Counted from the stretch's first letter, positions 1 through 14,303 are shown. The stretch: DNA of 44,205 bases from Octopus bimaculoides (GCF_001194135.2 NC_068989.1:91309808-91354012), one strand, 5' to 3'. Numbers and translations are program-made. The notes: generated from the sequence alone by a model not told the origin.

Positions 1-53
<53 letters not shown>

Positions 54-208
54 ATATTCGTAGTATGCATCCACACAAGTATGTATGTAGCTATCGATTG
101 ATCGATCAATTTGTCTGTCTATCAAACTATCTATCTATCAATACATCTATTTATTTACCGATGGTACACACAAACACACACACACACACGCACATACTCT
201 TACACACA

Positions 209-410
209 GCACAAGGCCAGAAATTTTCACGCGGGAGGGCGTGCATCACTTACGTTGATGCTAGTGTTCAAATGCTGCTTATTTTATCGACCCTGATAGG
301 ATGACAGGCAAAAAGGGACCACGGCGGAATTTGAACTCGGAACGTAAAAGCGGTCGAAAAGTTACTAAGCGTTTTTTAGACGTGCTAAGGACTCTGCCAG
401 CTCGTCACCT
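209..410 (-). mobile_element. tRNA-derived SINE, family A (Meta/MESC-like central domain)
   Basis: The minus strand reads GGTGACGAGCTGGCAGAGTCC (A box), GAGTTCAAATTC (B box), then CCTATCAGGGTCGATAAAATAAG and a TGGCCTTGTGC tail. It aligns by eye with the copies at 2008, 22637 and 35290. Confidence 0.8.
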
Positions 411-420
411 GAATGTAACA

Positions 421-473
<53 letters not shown>

Positions 474-538
474 CGTGTGTTTGCGTGTGTGTGTGTGTGN
501 NNNNNNNNNNNNNNNNNNNNNNNNNNNNNNNNNNNNNN

Positions 539-601
<63 letters not shown>

Positions 602-2007
602 TATACATTTATAGTATACATGAACCTATATACATGTACATTTATAAATGGATGAAGCCCTGTCGAGGCAGAAGCACGTGCCTACATCGCTCTTCTTAAC
701 GGCATGTCAGCTGGGAATTCTTGATTCGCGAGATTGTCTCCCCTTGTCACATGGAGATATTCTTAATTGTCTTTGCTTACTATGACACATTCTCCAGAGA
801 TGGACATAATTTTAATAAATTAGGAATCTATATGCTTTGGTATTTGATAAACATCTATTCGCCTATATTGTATGTAGAAATAACTATATAAATGTGTACA
901 TATATATCTATGTATATGTTTGTGTATATATGTATATAAACATGCATATGTATATACATATGTATGTTTGTATATATATATCTGAACGTATATACACACT
1001 CATACAGAAACACACACACCCTCACATACACACACACTCACACACATACACACGCGCACACACGCATCTATATATGGACACAGACACATTGACACACACA
1101 TACATCCATAAAAGAGTGAAAGAGAGAGGAAGAGGGAGAGAGATAGAATTGTGGTGTGTAGAGCGGGAGAGAGTGTAAGTGAAGGGAAGGAATCGATTGG
1201 TGTGTTATGTCATGTTAGATTGTTGCTGCAGGTCAAACAAGTGAGTTGTTATCGACAGATTACGTCAGCTTGTTGGATTGAAGAATTATCGACTATTTAT
1301 GTCAGCAAGCCAGAGTAGATGGTTAAAATTACGTCAGAGTATTAGAGAAAACATGCAATTATTATTGTCGTCTGCGTGTATGTTTAGTCACACGATTTCA
1401 GGGAATGGAGGTTGTCGGTTATGTCTGGGATTTAATTTATCAACTCCAGAAAGAAGAAAGGTAAAACCGATCCTGTAGAAGTTTAACTCTTGCACGTAAA
1501 GAACGGTAATTCAATAGTGTAGGGCATTTCGTTCTTTCGTCCAATCCTTCCTATAACGAATCTCCTAATCCATTGCTAATAATCACAAGCTCAAGCTTAA
1601 CAACAATATGCACGTGAAAGCATAACTCCCATCAAATATGTGAAATTTAGAACTGCGATTTCACTCAGTAAGTCTGAAGGGAAGAAGGAATACAAAACAC
1701 AGGAGCACCAAATTATGGCCTGACATAGCCTGCAGCGAAACGACCAATATATTAACATTTCCAAGCAACTGTAAAGCCGTTGGGATAAACAAAGTTACAA
1801 ATATCTCCCAGAATTAGCTTTTCAATGCCAATAATGGTGGAAAGGAAAACAGCATAAATTTCCAAGAGCATGTATATACGACGGAGCCTCATAATTATAA
1901 ACCTATAACTTGCTTGCAAGCTTCATAGAAATTGAGAGAGTTAAAGGATACGCAGAGAAAATGCAGCTTTATAAATCAACACAAACTGGAAAAAAGAGAC
2001 AAAGGAA

Positions 2008-2220
2008 GGGTGAGCTGGCAGAATTGCTAGCATGCCGGGAAAAAATGCTGAGCTGTATTTCGCTCGTCTTTACGTTCCGAGTTCAAATTCCGTCGAGGAC
2101 GGCTTTTTCTTTCGGCCTTTTGATGTCAATATATAAGTATCATTTGAGTTATGGGGGTCGATGTAATCGACTTAAAACCCTCCCTCACAAAATTATTGGC
2201 GTTGAGGCAAAGTTTGAAAC
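2008..2220 (+). mobile_element. tRNA-derived SINE, family A, near full length
   Basis: A box TGGCAGAATTG, B box GAGTTCAAATTC (2079-2090), GGGGTCGATGTAATCGACTT, tail TTGGCGTTGAGGCAAAGTTTGAAAC. Confidence 0.85.
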
Positions 2221-2801
2221 AATATAAAACACAGCAAACGCCAATAATTTCCATTTCAATTTTCATTAAATTCTCGCCTGATGATTTATTAAATCAAAAG
2301 TTGACATCAGACAGAAAAGAATATACAGTAAACATCATACTATAGTCTGGAGTAAATACATCTACAATTTGATTAGATTACAAAAGTACACACCCGGTTT
2401 AAAGTAGACGAACACGATATACTAACAACTTCAGAAATCATTCACATATAATACACATGTACTTGACAGCGCAGGAATATCTTTCCTCTATTGTCTACAC
2501 AAACTCACAACTACATCAACTCTACATCAATAACATTAATGGTTGTCTAAAGGAAAAAGAAATTAGACATAAAATAGACCCTACCGAATCCTCTGTCGGA
2601 TTTATTGATAGCAACAGCGTAGAACAACAGAAACAGCCAACATACACTTTTACCATACACACAAAAAAAAAGAAAACAAAAACAAAATACGGATGAAGGA
2701 AGTATCGCAGAAATTACCAGAAAAATATTCATATAATTACAAGAGATATATAACGGCGCGTTTCAAATACATATCACAGTGATACGTTTGATATATAGAT
2801 A

Positions 2802-3143
2802 TAGAGCAGCGGACTGGCGGTCGTGGGATCGTGGTTTCGATTCCCAGACTGGGCGTTGTGAGTGTTTAGTGAGCGAAAACACCTAAAAGCTCCACGAGGC
2901 TCCGGCAGGGGGTGGTGGTGACCCCTGTTGTACTCTTTTACCACAACTTTCTCTCACCCTTTGTGTCTGTAATTCAAAGGGCCAGCCTTGTTTCACTCTT
3001 TGTCAAGCTGAATCTCCCCGAGAACTACGTTAAGGGTACACCTGTCTGTCGAGTACTCAGCCACTTGAACGTTAATTTCACGAGCAGGCTGTTCCGTTGA
3101 TCGGATCAACTGGAACCCTCGTCGTCGTAACCGACGGAGCGCC
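2802..3143 (+). mobile_element. tRNA-derived SINE, family B (single copy)
   Basis: tRNA-like head AGAGCAGCGGACTGGCGGTC...GGTTTCGATTCCC (B box 2833-2845), followed by about 300 bp of GC-richer body ending at a (GA)n tract. Confidence 0.7.
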
Positions 3144-3608
3144 GATGGAGAGAGAGGTAGAGAGAGATGGAGAGAAGGAGAGAGAGAGAGTTACAAAGGA
3201 AAAAAACCTCTTACGTAGTTTCGAAATACCTTGCATATTCTTTCTCTATTTTTTCATAGTTCCAGTATAGATTTGTCTTATATTTTAATAATTAATACCG
3301 TATGTATGTGTATAAANNNNNNNNNNNNNNNNNNNNNNNNNNNNNNNNNNNNNNNNNNNNNNNNNNNNNNNNNNNNNNNNNNNNNNNNNNNNNNNNNNNN
3401 NNNNNNNNNNNNNNNNNNNNNNNNNNNNNNNNNNNNNNNNNNNNNNNNNNNNNNNNNNNNNNNNNNNNNNNNNNNNNNNNNNNNNNNNNNNNNNNNNNNN
3501 NNNNNNNNNNNNNNNNNNNNNNNNNNNNNNNNNNNNNNNNNNNNNNNNNNNNNNNNNNNNNNNNNNNNNNNNNNNNNNNNNNNNNNNNNNNNNNNNNNNN
3601 NNNNNNNN

Positions 3609-3654
<46 letters not shown>

Positions 3655-3660
<6 letters not shown>

Positions 3661-3870
3661 CTTTGTGTTTCTGTGTTTGTCTCCCACCATCGCTTGACAA
3701 TCGATGTTGATGTGTTTACATCCCCGTAACTTAACGGTTCCGCAAAAGAGACCGATAGAATAAGTACTAGGCTTACAAAGAATAAGTCCTGCGGTTGATT
3801 TGCTCGTCTAAAGGCGGTGCTCCAGCATGGCGGCAGTCAAATGCCTGAAACAAATCAAAGAACAAAAGAA
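3655..3870 (+). mobile_element. bipartite microsatellite-SINE, right arm
   Basis: (TA)n(TG)n, then CCACCATCGCTTGACAATCG...GATAGAATAAGTACTAGG...GGCGGTGCTCCAGCATGGCGGCAGTC...GAAACAAATCAAAGAACAAAAGA. The left arm is not seen because of the gap. Confidence 0.85.
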
Positions 3871-4827
3871 TAGGTTTGGAATACTCTTCGAGTATTACAG
3901 ATTCTATCTCGTGCTGAGCAAATGTAAGTCTGCGCAAAAAACGGCGTCTCGTACTAGTAATATTCACACTGTAAAAACAGTGAAAACTAAGAACCAAACC
4001 TAAAATTCTAAAAAGAAGATTTATCTATTCCACAGCGTCCAGAACAGGAAATGTAATGTGCTAATATCTTCACCGGGTGTATATAAGATTATATATGAGT
4101 CACTGGGAACTTGTTCAAAGATCACCAGCACCAGGAACTGCATGATAACTTATTCTGCCGTGGATACCTGGAGAACGCCACAGCATCTCCGCACACACGG
4201 GGGAAAGCAAGGGGAATAATGACCATAAGCAATACACACGCAAAATGTAGATTAGGCACCAGCATTTGGCAATAGATAGAAGTATTGAAGCCATTCTGTT
4301 ACAGAAAAGCTTCATACTGTTTCATTCTCAATAGCATTGTAACCAAAAGAAACTTATTTCGATCTGCTGGCATCCGGCCAAATTCTTTCTCCAGAAATTC
4401 AAAGCAGACCCTCCTGATGCATGGCGAATAACAATGGTCGACAAATAACACAAGATTATACGAACACGCATCGAACTTAATTTAAGCAGTTATTAATCAC
4501 TTCCTGATTCACCGGTGAGTATAGGGGACGAAAAGACAGATTGAACGGAAACGTGGTTTGGATATAAAATCTTGTTTACTATGTCTATCAATAGACATAG
4601 ATCATACTTTGCAAAATTCTGAAACACTGACATATTTAACACGTTTATCGTTTCTACCATTAATTTATCAAAAACATACTCGCACATATACATGCACACA
4701 GACACACAGAGACAAACACACAAACACACACACAAACACAAACACACATACAAAAACACAAGTACACACACAAAAACACAAGCACACACGCAAATATATA
4801 TATACATGTATATAAATATATGTAAGC

Positions 4828-4902
<75 letters not shown>

Positions 4903-5061
4903 CACATATGCATGTATACACACACACACGCACACATATATAAGTATAAAGTCATATATGTATATATTTATATATAGAGTTTCATATATATACATACATA
5001 TATACATACATATATACATATACATGTATACACACAGACACACACACAGACACAGACACAG

Positions 5062-5127
<66 letters not shown>

Positions 5128-5564
5128 ATATATATGTGTGGATATATATATATATGTATGTAGATATGTCTGTATGCTTATATATATGAGAAAATAAGAT
5201 AACAAAGGAATATATTTTGCTCAGGCATTCCGCTATTAATAACCTGGTGTAGAACTCAATATGTTTCAGAAGAAAGCATTAGTATAGAGCGGTCATAAGC
5301 AAAGGGAATGACAAGGGAATAAGCGACTATCTTATGAACTTCATTAACTTACGGCTGTTTCTGCTATAAGTTGAGTACTTGAATAACACCATACAGCCCA
5401 TCTATTCGGAGTCTCGAATATGAAGAGCAGTTTACTTGGGATGAATGGATGGATGGATGGATGGATGGATGAATGGATGGATGGATGGATGGATATATAG
5501 CTAAGGAATTTGAAAATGCGGTTGAAAACGTCCGGAATGTAAAATTATAAAGAAGACTAATTAA

Positions 5565-5733
5565 CCCTCGGGTAAAGCTTCCGTTGCTGGTTGAACAAGC
5601 GTATAGGTGAAACGTGAAGTCGCAGGCAATATGATTATCAAAAGTACTACCCCAAAATACCGCGCAGAGGGATCGAACCCTCCACTTGGTGACTTTTAGG
5701 AGAAAGTTTTAAGCTTTCAGCTATACTGTGTCC
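5565..5733 (-). mobile_element. tRNA-derived SINE, family C (older relative of the bipartite SINE head)
   Basis: Perfect B box GGTTCGATCCC on the minus strand (5669-5679), followed by TCTGCGCGGTATTTTGGGGTAGT, which resembles ACTGCGTGGCACCTTGGGCAAGT of the bipartite SINE head. Confidence 0.6.
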
Positions 5734-7784
5734 ACATAAACGAGGGTGTACTATAATACTCCTCTCAAATTTCAAGTTGATAAACCCTTGTTCTTATCAA
5801 CTGCTTAAATGTGACCACCTGACATGTTTTATCAGGCTTTCTTTATTCTCTATTCACTAATTTTCACTTTGATGTTATTCGTAACAGGTGAGAGCGCAGG
5901 AAATTTCTCGAGTCGTTGTTAATTTAATGACTTTTTATGATATGATCTGACGCTAGTACTTTTGTGTTTTTAGATTATTCTAATACTCTCCAGGAGTCTG
6001 ATCGAAGTAAAATGTAAGAATTAATGGGGAAGGTACCTATGTTTTATTTTATGCATCTTTCTTATGTGACTATCAATGGCTGAATTTTGAGAAATCTTTC
6101 ATGATGCAGTTACTTGTTGTTGGGTGACTTGTCTTTCTCCTTCGGTGTTTCTGGCGCATATCTAGATCTGAATTTTGTCTTTAAATTCTTGACTTTTATT
6201 TTCATTTCACCGTTAACTTGCCTCATATTCCAAATTCACTCTTCCTATAAATTTCTCAAGTAATTTTTTTGAATCTGTGTTGCAGTGTGACTTACTATAG
6301 GTCATATTCGGATAGTTCCTGAGTTACTTTCTGAAGCATTAATATCTATGTTCAGTAGTTATTAACCCTAAACATAAAAGGAGCCGTGACAGGGAGCCTC
6401 CTTGTAATACACCTCATGTAATGCTTATGGTATTACGTTTTGAATCATCCCTCTCTTTCATACATCCGTGCAATAATTTCCCATTTACCTGCGTAATATA
6501 CCTGCTTATTGCTAGTGCCTCCTTGCTCGTGGTTGGTGCTTCAGGAATCCATGTGTAAGAACACAGCCCAAAGCCGTCTAACAGTCGAACCCTGTCATAC
6601 AGAGACTTTGCTAAATTATTGCTTTGAAGAATTTCTTGATTATCAATTACTCCATTATTCCATATAAATATTACTCTAGATCCGGGTTATTTTCCATCAA
6701 AGTTTTCTTCTGTCGTATTTTCGAATTTGGGAGGTCCAGCGATGCTATAAAATATGCATGTAATGTAATGACGTTTATTTTCTCTACTTCCTTTCTCCTG
6801 TATTGTCATGGTTTCTGTCGACTGGCTTCCACAGAGCTGCTTTCAGACTGGACAGACATTATTTTGTTATCGAATCAGCATTGCTGCATCGTTATTTAGT
6901 ATAACCAGAAACAAACGAATGCTGTTGGGAATGTAAAAAAAACAAAAAAACAAAAAAACAAAAACAAAACAGATCGCCGAACTGTATATAAAAGAATATC
7001 CTAGGTTGGAACCGTCTAAATGAGGATATGTTTAAATTTCAGTTCAATAAGTACCCACATTATATATATTAAGGTCTGAATTAATCAAATGAAGGTCTTG
7101 GCATAAATAACATTCGTACACCTTAACAGAATCTAATATAATGAATAGGTTTGGACGGAAATGGAAGGGAGTGAAAATATTTAGACAAGCTACTTGACAG
7201 CAAATTTTAGAATTTTAAAGTAAAATTGTGGTTTAAGGACTTGGCAGTGTTGCTTTAGTAAATAATAAGATAATTAAGAAAATCGGGTGATTTGCGTAAA
7301 GGTTTCGGACGGTGAAATACAATGCACCACCACGAAAATGCTATTAAAGTATGTTTTAATGTAATCTGAGCAGATGTCAAACATAATTCCAGAACAACCG
7401 GTAGAGAAATGCATACTTTGCAGAGGCAGCTGTCGAATTAACAAACGGAAAATCTGATCAGCGAAATAGCAGTACAAAATAAAACAATAGCAAAAAAAAA
7501 AAAAAAACAGAAAAAAATGAAAATAAACTTGGCAATGTATGTGTGATGGAGGATAATTCTAAAAGAAGATTATTTCTAGGAAGATGAAACTTTCGACATG
7601 TCAAAGACTACCAGTAGTATTTAAAATAATGAAAAATTTAAAGCAAGGATTAGTGTCTTAGTTGTTTAGAACCAGGATAATTCTCAGCAAGCCATCCTAT
7701 GTTCAAAGGCTTACAGCTCAAATTGTTTATGGAAAATTTGACTGCCACTTCTAGAATATCGAGCTTTGTGGATAATTTTGCTTT

Positions 7785-7830
7785 GAAATTTTTGGCACAA
7801 GGCCAACAATTTCAGGCGAGAAATACGACT
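7785..7830 (-). mobile_element. SINE family A, 3' tail fragment
   Basis: TTTGGCACAAGGCCAACAATTT is the reverse complement of the family A tail. Confidence 0.55.
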
Positions 7831-7842
7831 TTAATAATATTC

Positions 7843-8050
7843 TTTTATTCTTCTGCTTGTTTCAGTCATTAGACTGCGGCCATACTGGGGCACCACCTTG
7901 AAAAATTTTGGTCGAAGGAACACACTTTAGAATTTAATTTTTTAAAAAACTGGTATCGTTTTCTTTTGCCGAACCGCTATGTTACGTTGACGTAAATGCA
8001 TCATCAATGGTTGTCAAGCAGTGATGGGAAACAAAGACACACACACATGC

Positions 8051-8081
<31 letters not shown>

Positions 8082-8278
8082 CGTGTGTGTGTGTGTGAGT
8101 GTGTGTTTGTGTGTATGTGTGTATATATATATATATATACGACAGGCTTCTTTCAGTTTCCGACTACCAAATCCACTCACAAGACCTTGGTCGGCTACAG
8201 GCTGTAGTAGAAGATACTTGCCTAAGATGCCACGCAGAGGGACTGAACTCGGAACCATGTGGTGGGGAAGCTTAGCAA
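7843..8278 (-). mobile_element. bipartite microsatellite-SINE, complete (head + (TA)/(TG) microsatellite + right arm)
   Basis: Head with CCACATGGTTCCGAGTTCAGTCCC and GGCATCTTAGGCAAGTATCTTCTAC; internal microsatellite 8038-8139; tail GGTGCCCCAGTATGGCCGCAGTC. Confidence 0.9.
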
Positions 8279-8821
8279 CATAATTTATGTGCTACATGAT
8301 AGACCGATGAGAGTCTCAATTACAAGGGAATTTGAATAATTTGTGTGATGGTTTCCATAAAGAGGGCAAAGGAAAACAACGCTGGAAAGGGGAAATCGGG
8401 ACAAGAAGTGCCCTTAGTATAGAAAATATGTGAATGCATGGACGAAGCGTTTTGTTCCCCGATACGAGACATCCATTAAATCCAACTTGTGAAAGAATCC
8501 GACTCAGAGTCACTCTAGTTCCCAAGAGTAAAATCCTGCACTCTAATACAAACCTGTCTTCCACTGTTGTTCTCCAGATTACAGACGATCGATAAAAATA
8601 TATTCATTTTTATCATAAGCATTTTTGTCACTTTGTATAGAAATTCACAAGAGAAGAGACTTTCATCTCCATCCTTTTACTTCCAAGTGTGGCAGCCGAT
8701 CAGGTCGACGAGAGCAAAGGCAAAGGTGTCTGCACGCAATCCTTTCAACTATGTCTATTTACAGCCTCTCTACAAAGAAACACTGCCGGCCACCAAGCGT
8801 TTCCCAGTTCACCAAAACGAG

Positions 8822-9469
<648 letters not shown>

Positions 9470-11234
9470 TGAGTGTATATAAGTTTACTCACGCGTATAG
9501 GATAACTAAAACAATAAGATCTCATCACTTTAAACCATAAAAAATACTGTTGGCCTCGTCTTGAAAGTGGTCCATAAACACACGTACCCATTCATACACA
9601 GACACACACTCATATACGCGTGCCACACTAACATATACAAACGGTGGTTCATTCGTATATACATTCATACATATATAGACACAAACAGACCGTCATAAAA
9701 GTCCGCATGCTGACGTTCATACACATTCATAGATAGAAGCAGAGATTTAAAAACAACAGGAACACTCCCATACTTACCCTTACATAAAAACGCCATTAGA
9801 GGTATGAAGTGTAAACACGACATTGGGAGGGAGAATGAAAATTAAAGAGGAAGGAGAGAGTGAGAGAGTGAAAGAGAGAGAGAGTGAAAGAGAGAGAGTG
9901 AAAGAGAGAGAGAGTGAAAGAGAGAGAGTGAAAGAGAGAAAGAGAGTACCAGAGATAGAGAGTCAAGCAAAGAGAAAGAGAGGAACAAGCATAAAACGAG
10001 TTACATTGTAGACGGAGATATGTGCAAACACATATTTGGACAGAATAAAATTACTGAAAGAAACAATAAAATATGAAATAAGATAATGTAATAAATCTTT
10101 ACAGACCCAGACAAAATAAACCACAAACGTACCCACCCACGCCCCTCACCACGAACGAAAAAACAAAAGCGCAAATATTAAATAAACATATATACATTCA
10201 AATTATGGCGGTCATCTTAGTACAAATATATTGCTTGATTACGGTAGAGGGTTGCGTGATTACTAGCAAAACCGACATTTTGTTTTAGCTCCGAGATATC
10301 TAGTCCATGCTATAAATGGACATAATATGTTATAATGTAAAATCGTGAACAAACAGCCAAAAATACACAGTATAGAAACAAAGCAAATATCAAAATGTAC
10401 GCTGGATACCATTTGTCATTCATTCTGATGTATTCATTAAATATCATCTCCCAATTTGGCATGGTAATTGTTGGCAGAATTGGTCAAACATTGTTGGCAT
10501 ATAAAGGCGTTTTATCCGGTCATAATTTTGTGACAAAAGCAAATAGATGGAAAGATATAGAAACATTACATTGGACTGTATGCTACTGCAGTCGGCTATC
10601 TGTGTTATCCAGCGCGAGGGGTTACGTAGGTTTCAAATAAACATTAAAATGTAAACATAGAAAATTAAAACTCCATTGATCTACGTCTTTGTAGCTGTTG
10701 GCGTTTATCAATAAGCATGATCAAACGTATATTTAGAAGATTGCTTGTTTAGAATGTTATAAAATTATAGATGCATGGTGGTTTCGTTAAGAACTATGAT
10801 CGGAATAATGTAGATTTGGGTTGGATCGCACGCAGTACTCCTTTGGCAAGCTGCGAATCGATTAAAAAGACATATGTGGAGCACTGCCCAAGGACAAACT
10901 GTAGACAGAAACTTCTCTGCGGGCCAGCTCGGGAGCTGGGATGCAGTGAAGGAACTTCCTATTAGGCGGGACTTCTCCTAAGCACAAGTCGACCGATCGC
11001 TTACGACAGCATGTGTTCAACCTCATAAAAATAAATAAATAAATCTTTCATAAACACACGTTTGTTCTCCGTTGAGTTTTTTTATTGTGTGTATAGCTTA
11101 AAAAAGCTATACATATAAAAAAAACGACACATTTTGGCATTCAAGTCAATACAGACTTATAGATAGTATTTATGGAATTTTCATTTACTGTCGGGTGACT
11201 TTTGGCCAACACTGTATGTATATATATGTTTATA

Positions 11235-11403
11235 GGCGCAGGCATGGCTGTGTGGTAAGCAGTTCGGCAGAAGAGAACGATTGAATAAGTACTAGGCTTA
11301 CAAAGAATAAGTCCTGGGGTCAATTTCTTCCACTAAATCCCTTTAAGGTGGTGCTCTAGAATAGCCGCAGTCAAATGACTGAAACAAGTAAAAGAGTAAA
11401 AGA
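11235..11403 (+). mobile_element. bipartite SINE, internally deleted copy
   Basis: GGCGCAGGCATGGCTGTGTGGTAAGCAG is joined directly to the right-arm sequence TTCGGCAGAAGAGAACGATTGAATAAGTACTAGG. Normal tail and (GTAAAAGA)2. Confidence 0.85.
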
Positions 11404-11688
11404 GTATATATATATATATNNNNNNNNNNNNNNNNNNNNNNNNNNNNNNNNNNNNNNNNNNNNNNNNNNNNNNNNNNNNNNNNNNNNNNNNNNNNNNNNN
11501 NNNNNNNNNNNNNNNNNNNNNNNNNNNNNNNNNNNNNNNNNNNNNNNNNNNNNNNNNNNNNNNNNNNNNNNNNNNNNNNNNNNNNNNNNNNNNNNNNNNN
11601 NNNNNNNNNNNNNNNNNNNNNNNNNNNNNNNNNNNNNNNNNNNNNNNNNNNNNNNNNNNNNNNNNNNNNNNNNNNNNNNNNNNNNNNN

Positions 11689-11844
11689 ATAATCTTTGCC
11701 TTCACTACATCTTTGCTGTTACAAGGAGTTTTGTCGGTTTCTCGCTGAACTGCGCCCCACACATTATAATCAAGGGGATTGCAGTCTAGGGAATTAGGTG
11801 GCCAGATGTTAGAGGTGATGCGGTTGCAGAAATTGTCTGACTGC

Positions 11845-11847
<3 letters not shown>
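11689..11847 (-). mobile_element. Tc1/mariner (maT/Tc1-like) transposase C-terminal fragment
   Basis: Translation IWPPNSLDCNPLDYNVWGAVQRETDKTPCNSKDVVKAKI matches the WPxNSPDxNPxDxxVWG motif. Confidence 0.85.
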
Positions 11848-11894
<47 letters not shown>

Positions 11895-12631
11895 TGTGTG
11901 CGCGTTTGTGCGTGTGTACTTGCTGTTGGACAGATATTCATTTGCAAAACAATAAAGAGAGATGTGCAAGATGACGGTTTCGAAAATAGGCCCGGCCGCA
12001 TCTGAATATCGTCTAGTTAGAAAGTGCTTATGTCATATTTTTCTTTATGAGAGTTCAAAGTTAGAAACGAGGTGGATATTTTAAATTAAACTTGAGAAGC
12101 AATTAATGTTGTGGTCGATAGATTTGCCTTCATATTGTTGTTTACGTTTGCGTTTGTTGTTCTGGTTCCTGTTATACAAAATTAAAACTTATATAACGTG
12201 TATATGAAATAGTGTTTATACTGGACGCACGTGAACATACTCTTGTACACAGACTCACTCGGTGATAATCATAACCAAGTAAGGAAACGGCGAGATACGG
12301 GAAGGCGAGACAAAAACGAAAGGAGAAACAAAATACAGAAAGAAAGGGAGCGCGAGAAAACGGGGAATGGTGAGAGATACAACGAAAGTTTAAAGAAACA
12401 AAACCTGATAGATAGTCAGATAAATAGCTAAAGTGATAGAAAGAGTGAAATGTAGAATGAGAGACAGAGAGGAAGAAGGAAGAGAAAAGAGTGAGAGAGG
12501 GCAGCGAGTATGATGTATGCGAGAAACACTTACTCGGTCATGTATAGACAATAAAGCACAAGTACATTTGAGACAAAATGGAAATAAAGAAAATAACAAA
12601 GAGAGAAAGACAGGAAATAGAAGACATAGGT

Positions 12632-12687
<56 letters not shown>

Positions 12688-13043
12688 NNNNNNNNNNNNN
12701 NNNNNNNNNNNNNNNNNNNNNNNNNNNNNNNNNNNNNNNNNNNNNNNNNNNNNNNNNNNNNNNNNNNNNNNNNNNNNNNNNNNNNNNNNNNNNNNNNNNN
12801 NNNNNNNNNNNNNNNNNNNNNNNNNNNNNNNNNNNNNNNNNNNNNNNNNNNNNNNNNNNNNNNNNNNNNNNNNNNNNNNNNNNNNNNNNNNNNNNNNNNN
12901 NNNNNNNNNNNNNNNNNNNNNNNNNNNNNNNNNNNNNNNNNNNNNNNNNNNNNNNNNNNNNNNNNNNNNNNNNNNNNNNNNNNNNNNNNNNNNNNNNNNN
13001 NNNNNNNNNNNNNNNNNNNNNNNNNNNNNNNNNNNNNNNNNNN

Positions 13044-13076
<33 letters not shown>

Positions 13077-13237
13077 CATTTGTAAATATTTCGAAATTTA
13101 CTTTCTCACGGTCTCTGTCTGAATTGTTGAATATACACACACATATATATACATATAAGTATATATGTACGTATGTATGTATGTATGTATTAATATTTAG
13201 GCAAACACACACATGCATATATAGCGATGAGTATATG

Positions 13238-13284
<47 letters not shown>

Positions 13285-13543
13285 ACACATATAAAGATAT
13301 GTGTCTGTGTATGTGTGAGTATGTAATGTATGTATATGCATACATTCATATATATCTATATATATTATATATCATGAATACACACACACACTATATATAT
13401 ATATATACATATGAGCGTGTATATATAAATATTTATTCATTACACATCTCTCTCTCTCTCTTTTTATTTATCTAGCACTTTCTCCCCAATCTGTGTGTGT
13501 TTGTATGTACATGTGTGTGTATATATGTGTGTATGTATATGTC

Positions 13544-13575
<32 letters not shown>

Positions 13576-14129
13576 TATTTGTGTGTGTGTGTGTGTGTGT
13601 GTGTGTTTGTGTTTGTGTTTGTGTATATATATATATATTATGAGATGTAGCTATATCTGTGCGTATAACTAAGAATATGTAGATATACCATATTGTTATT
13701 CGTCAGGCATAATCACATAAACACGAACATTTATATACACACACATTCGCGTGAATGTGTAGACAAATATTCACTAACGAGCAAAAACTTATTAAGATAC
13801 GTATACGAGGAATTTGAACATATGCCGAGTAATGCATACGCACACGCACACACACAAAAACCCCTTCCCCCACATATATGTATATGCCTGTGCAAGGGGG
13901 TGTGCGGGCTTATGTGTATGAGACATTCTATGTACGTTTTATAGAAAAAGTAATATAGCATTTGTTTAAAGGATTTTGCTCGCAATTACTGTCGCGTCCC
14001 AATATTTGGCTATTTAAAAAAATGTAAGCTAAATATTGAAATTCTAATTTTTATCGAAAAGTTGTGTCTAACCATTCTCTTCTCACACATTATTAATAAA
14101 TGCATATATACACGCTTTTTAAGCTTGGG

Positions 14130-14292
14130 CATGCCTCTGACATTAAGATGCTTGCTTTACAACCGTGGCGTTACCGATCCATCTGCCCTATGTGGCTCTT
14201 TGGGCAAGTGCTTTCTACTATGGGCCTAGGCCGGCCAAATGCATTCTCTATGAATTTATCAGGCAGAAACTATGTGAAAGTCCGTCATATAC
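14130..14292 (+). mobile_element. bipartite SINE left arm, degraded
   Basis: TGTGGCTCTTTGGGCAAGTGCTTTCTACTATGGGCCTAGGCCGGCCAAA...GCAGAAACTATGTGAAAGTCCGTCATATA. Confidence 0.6.
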
Positions 14293-14303
14293 ATGACTGC
14301 AGA

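Noticed and set aside
2008-2100. A and B boxes as possible tRNA genes (also 2802, 5670)
   Set aside because: No cloverleaf can be formed, and they continue into repeated SINE bodies.
4080-4500. Protein-like short frames on both strands, including an HLRTH zinc-finger-like word
   Set aside because: No Cys pair for a C2H2 finger, frames are interrupted and no family is recognised.
6270-6320. '(R)PIVS' Penelope-RT-like motif on the minus strand
   Set aside because: The upstream PKxHK motif and downstream RT motifs are absent, so it is probably chance.
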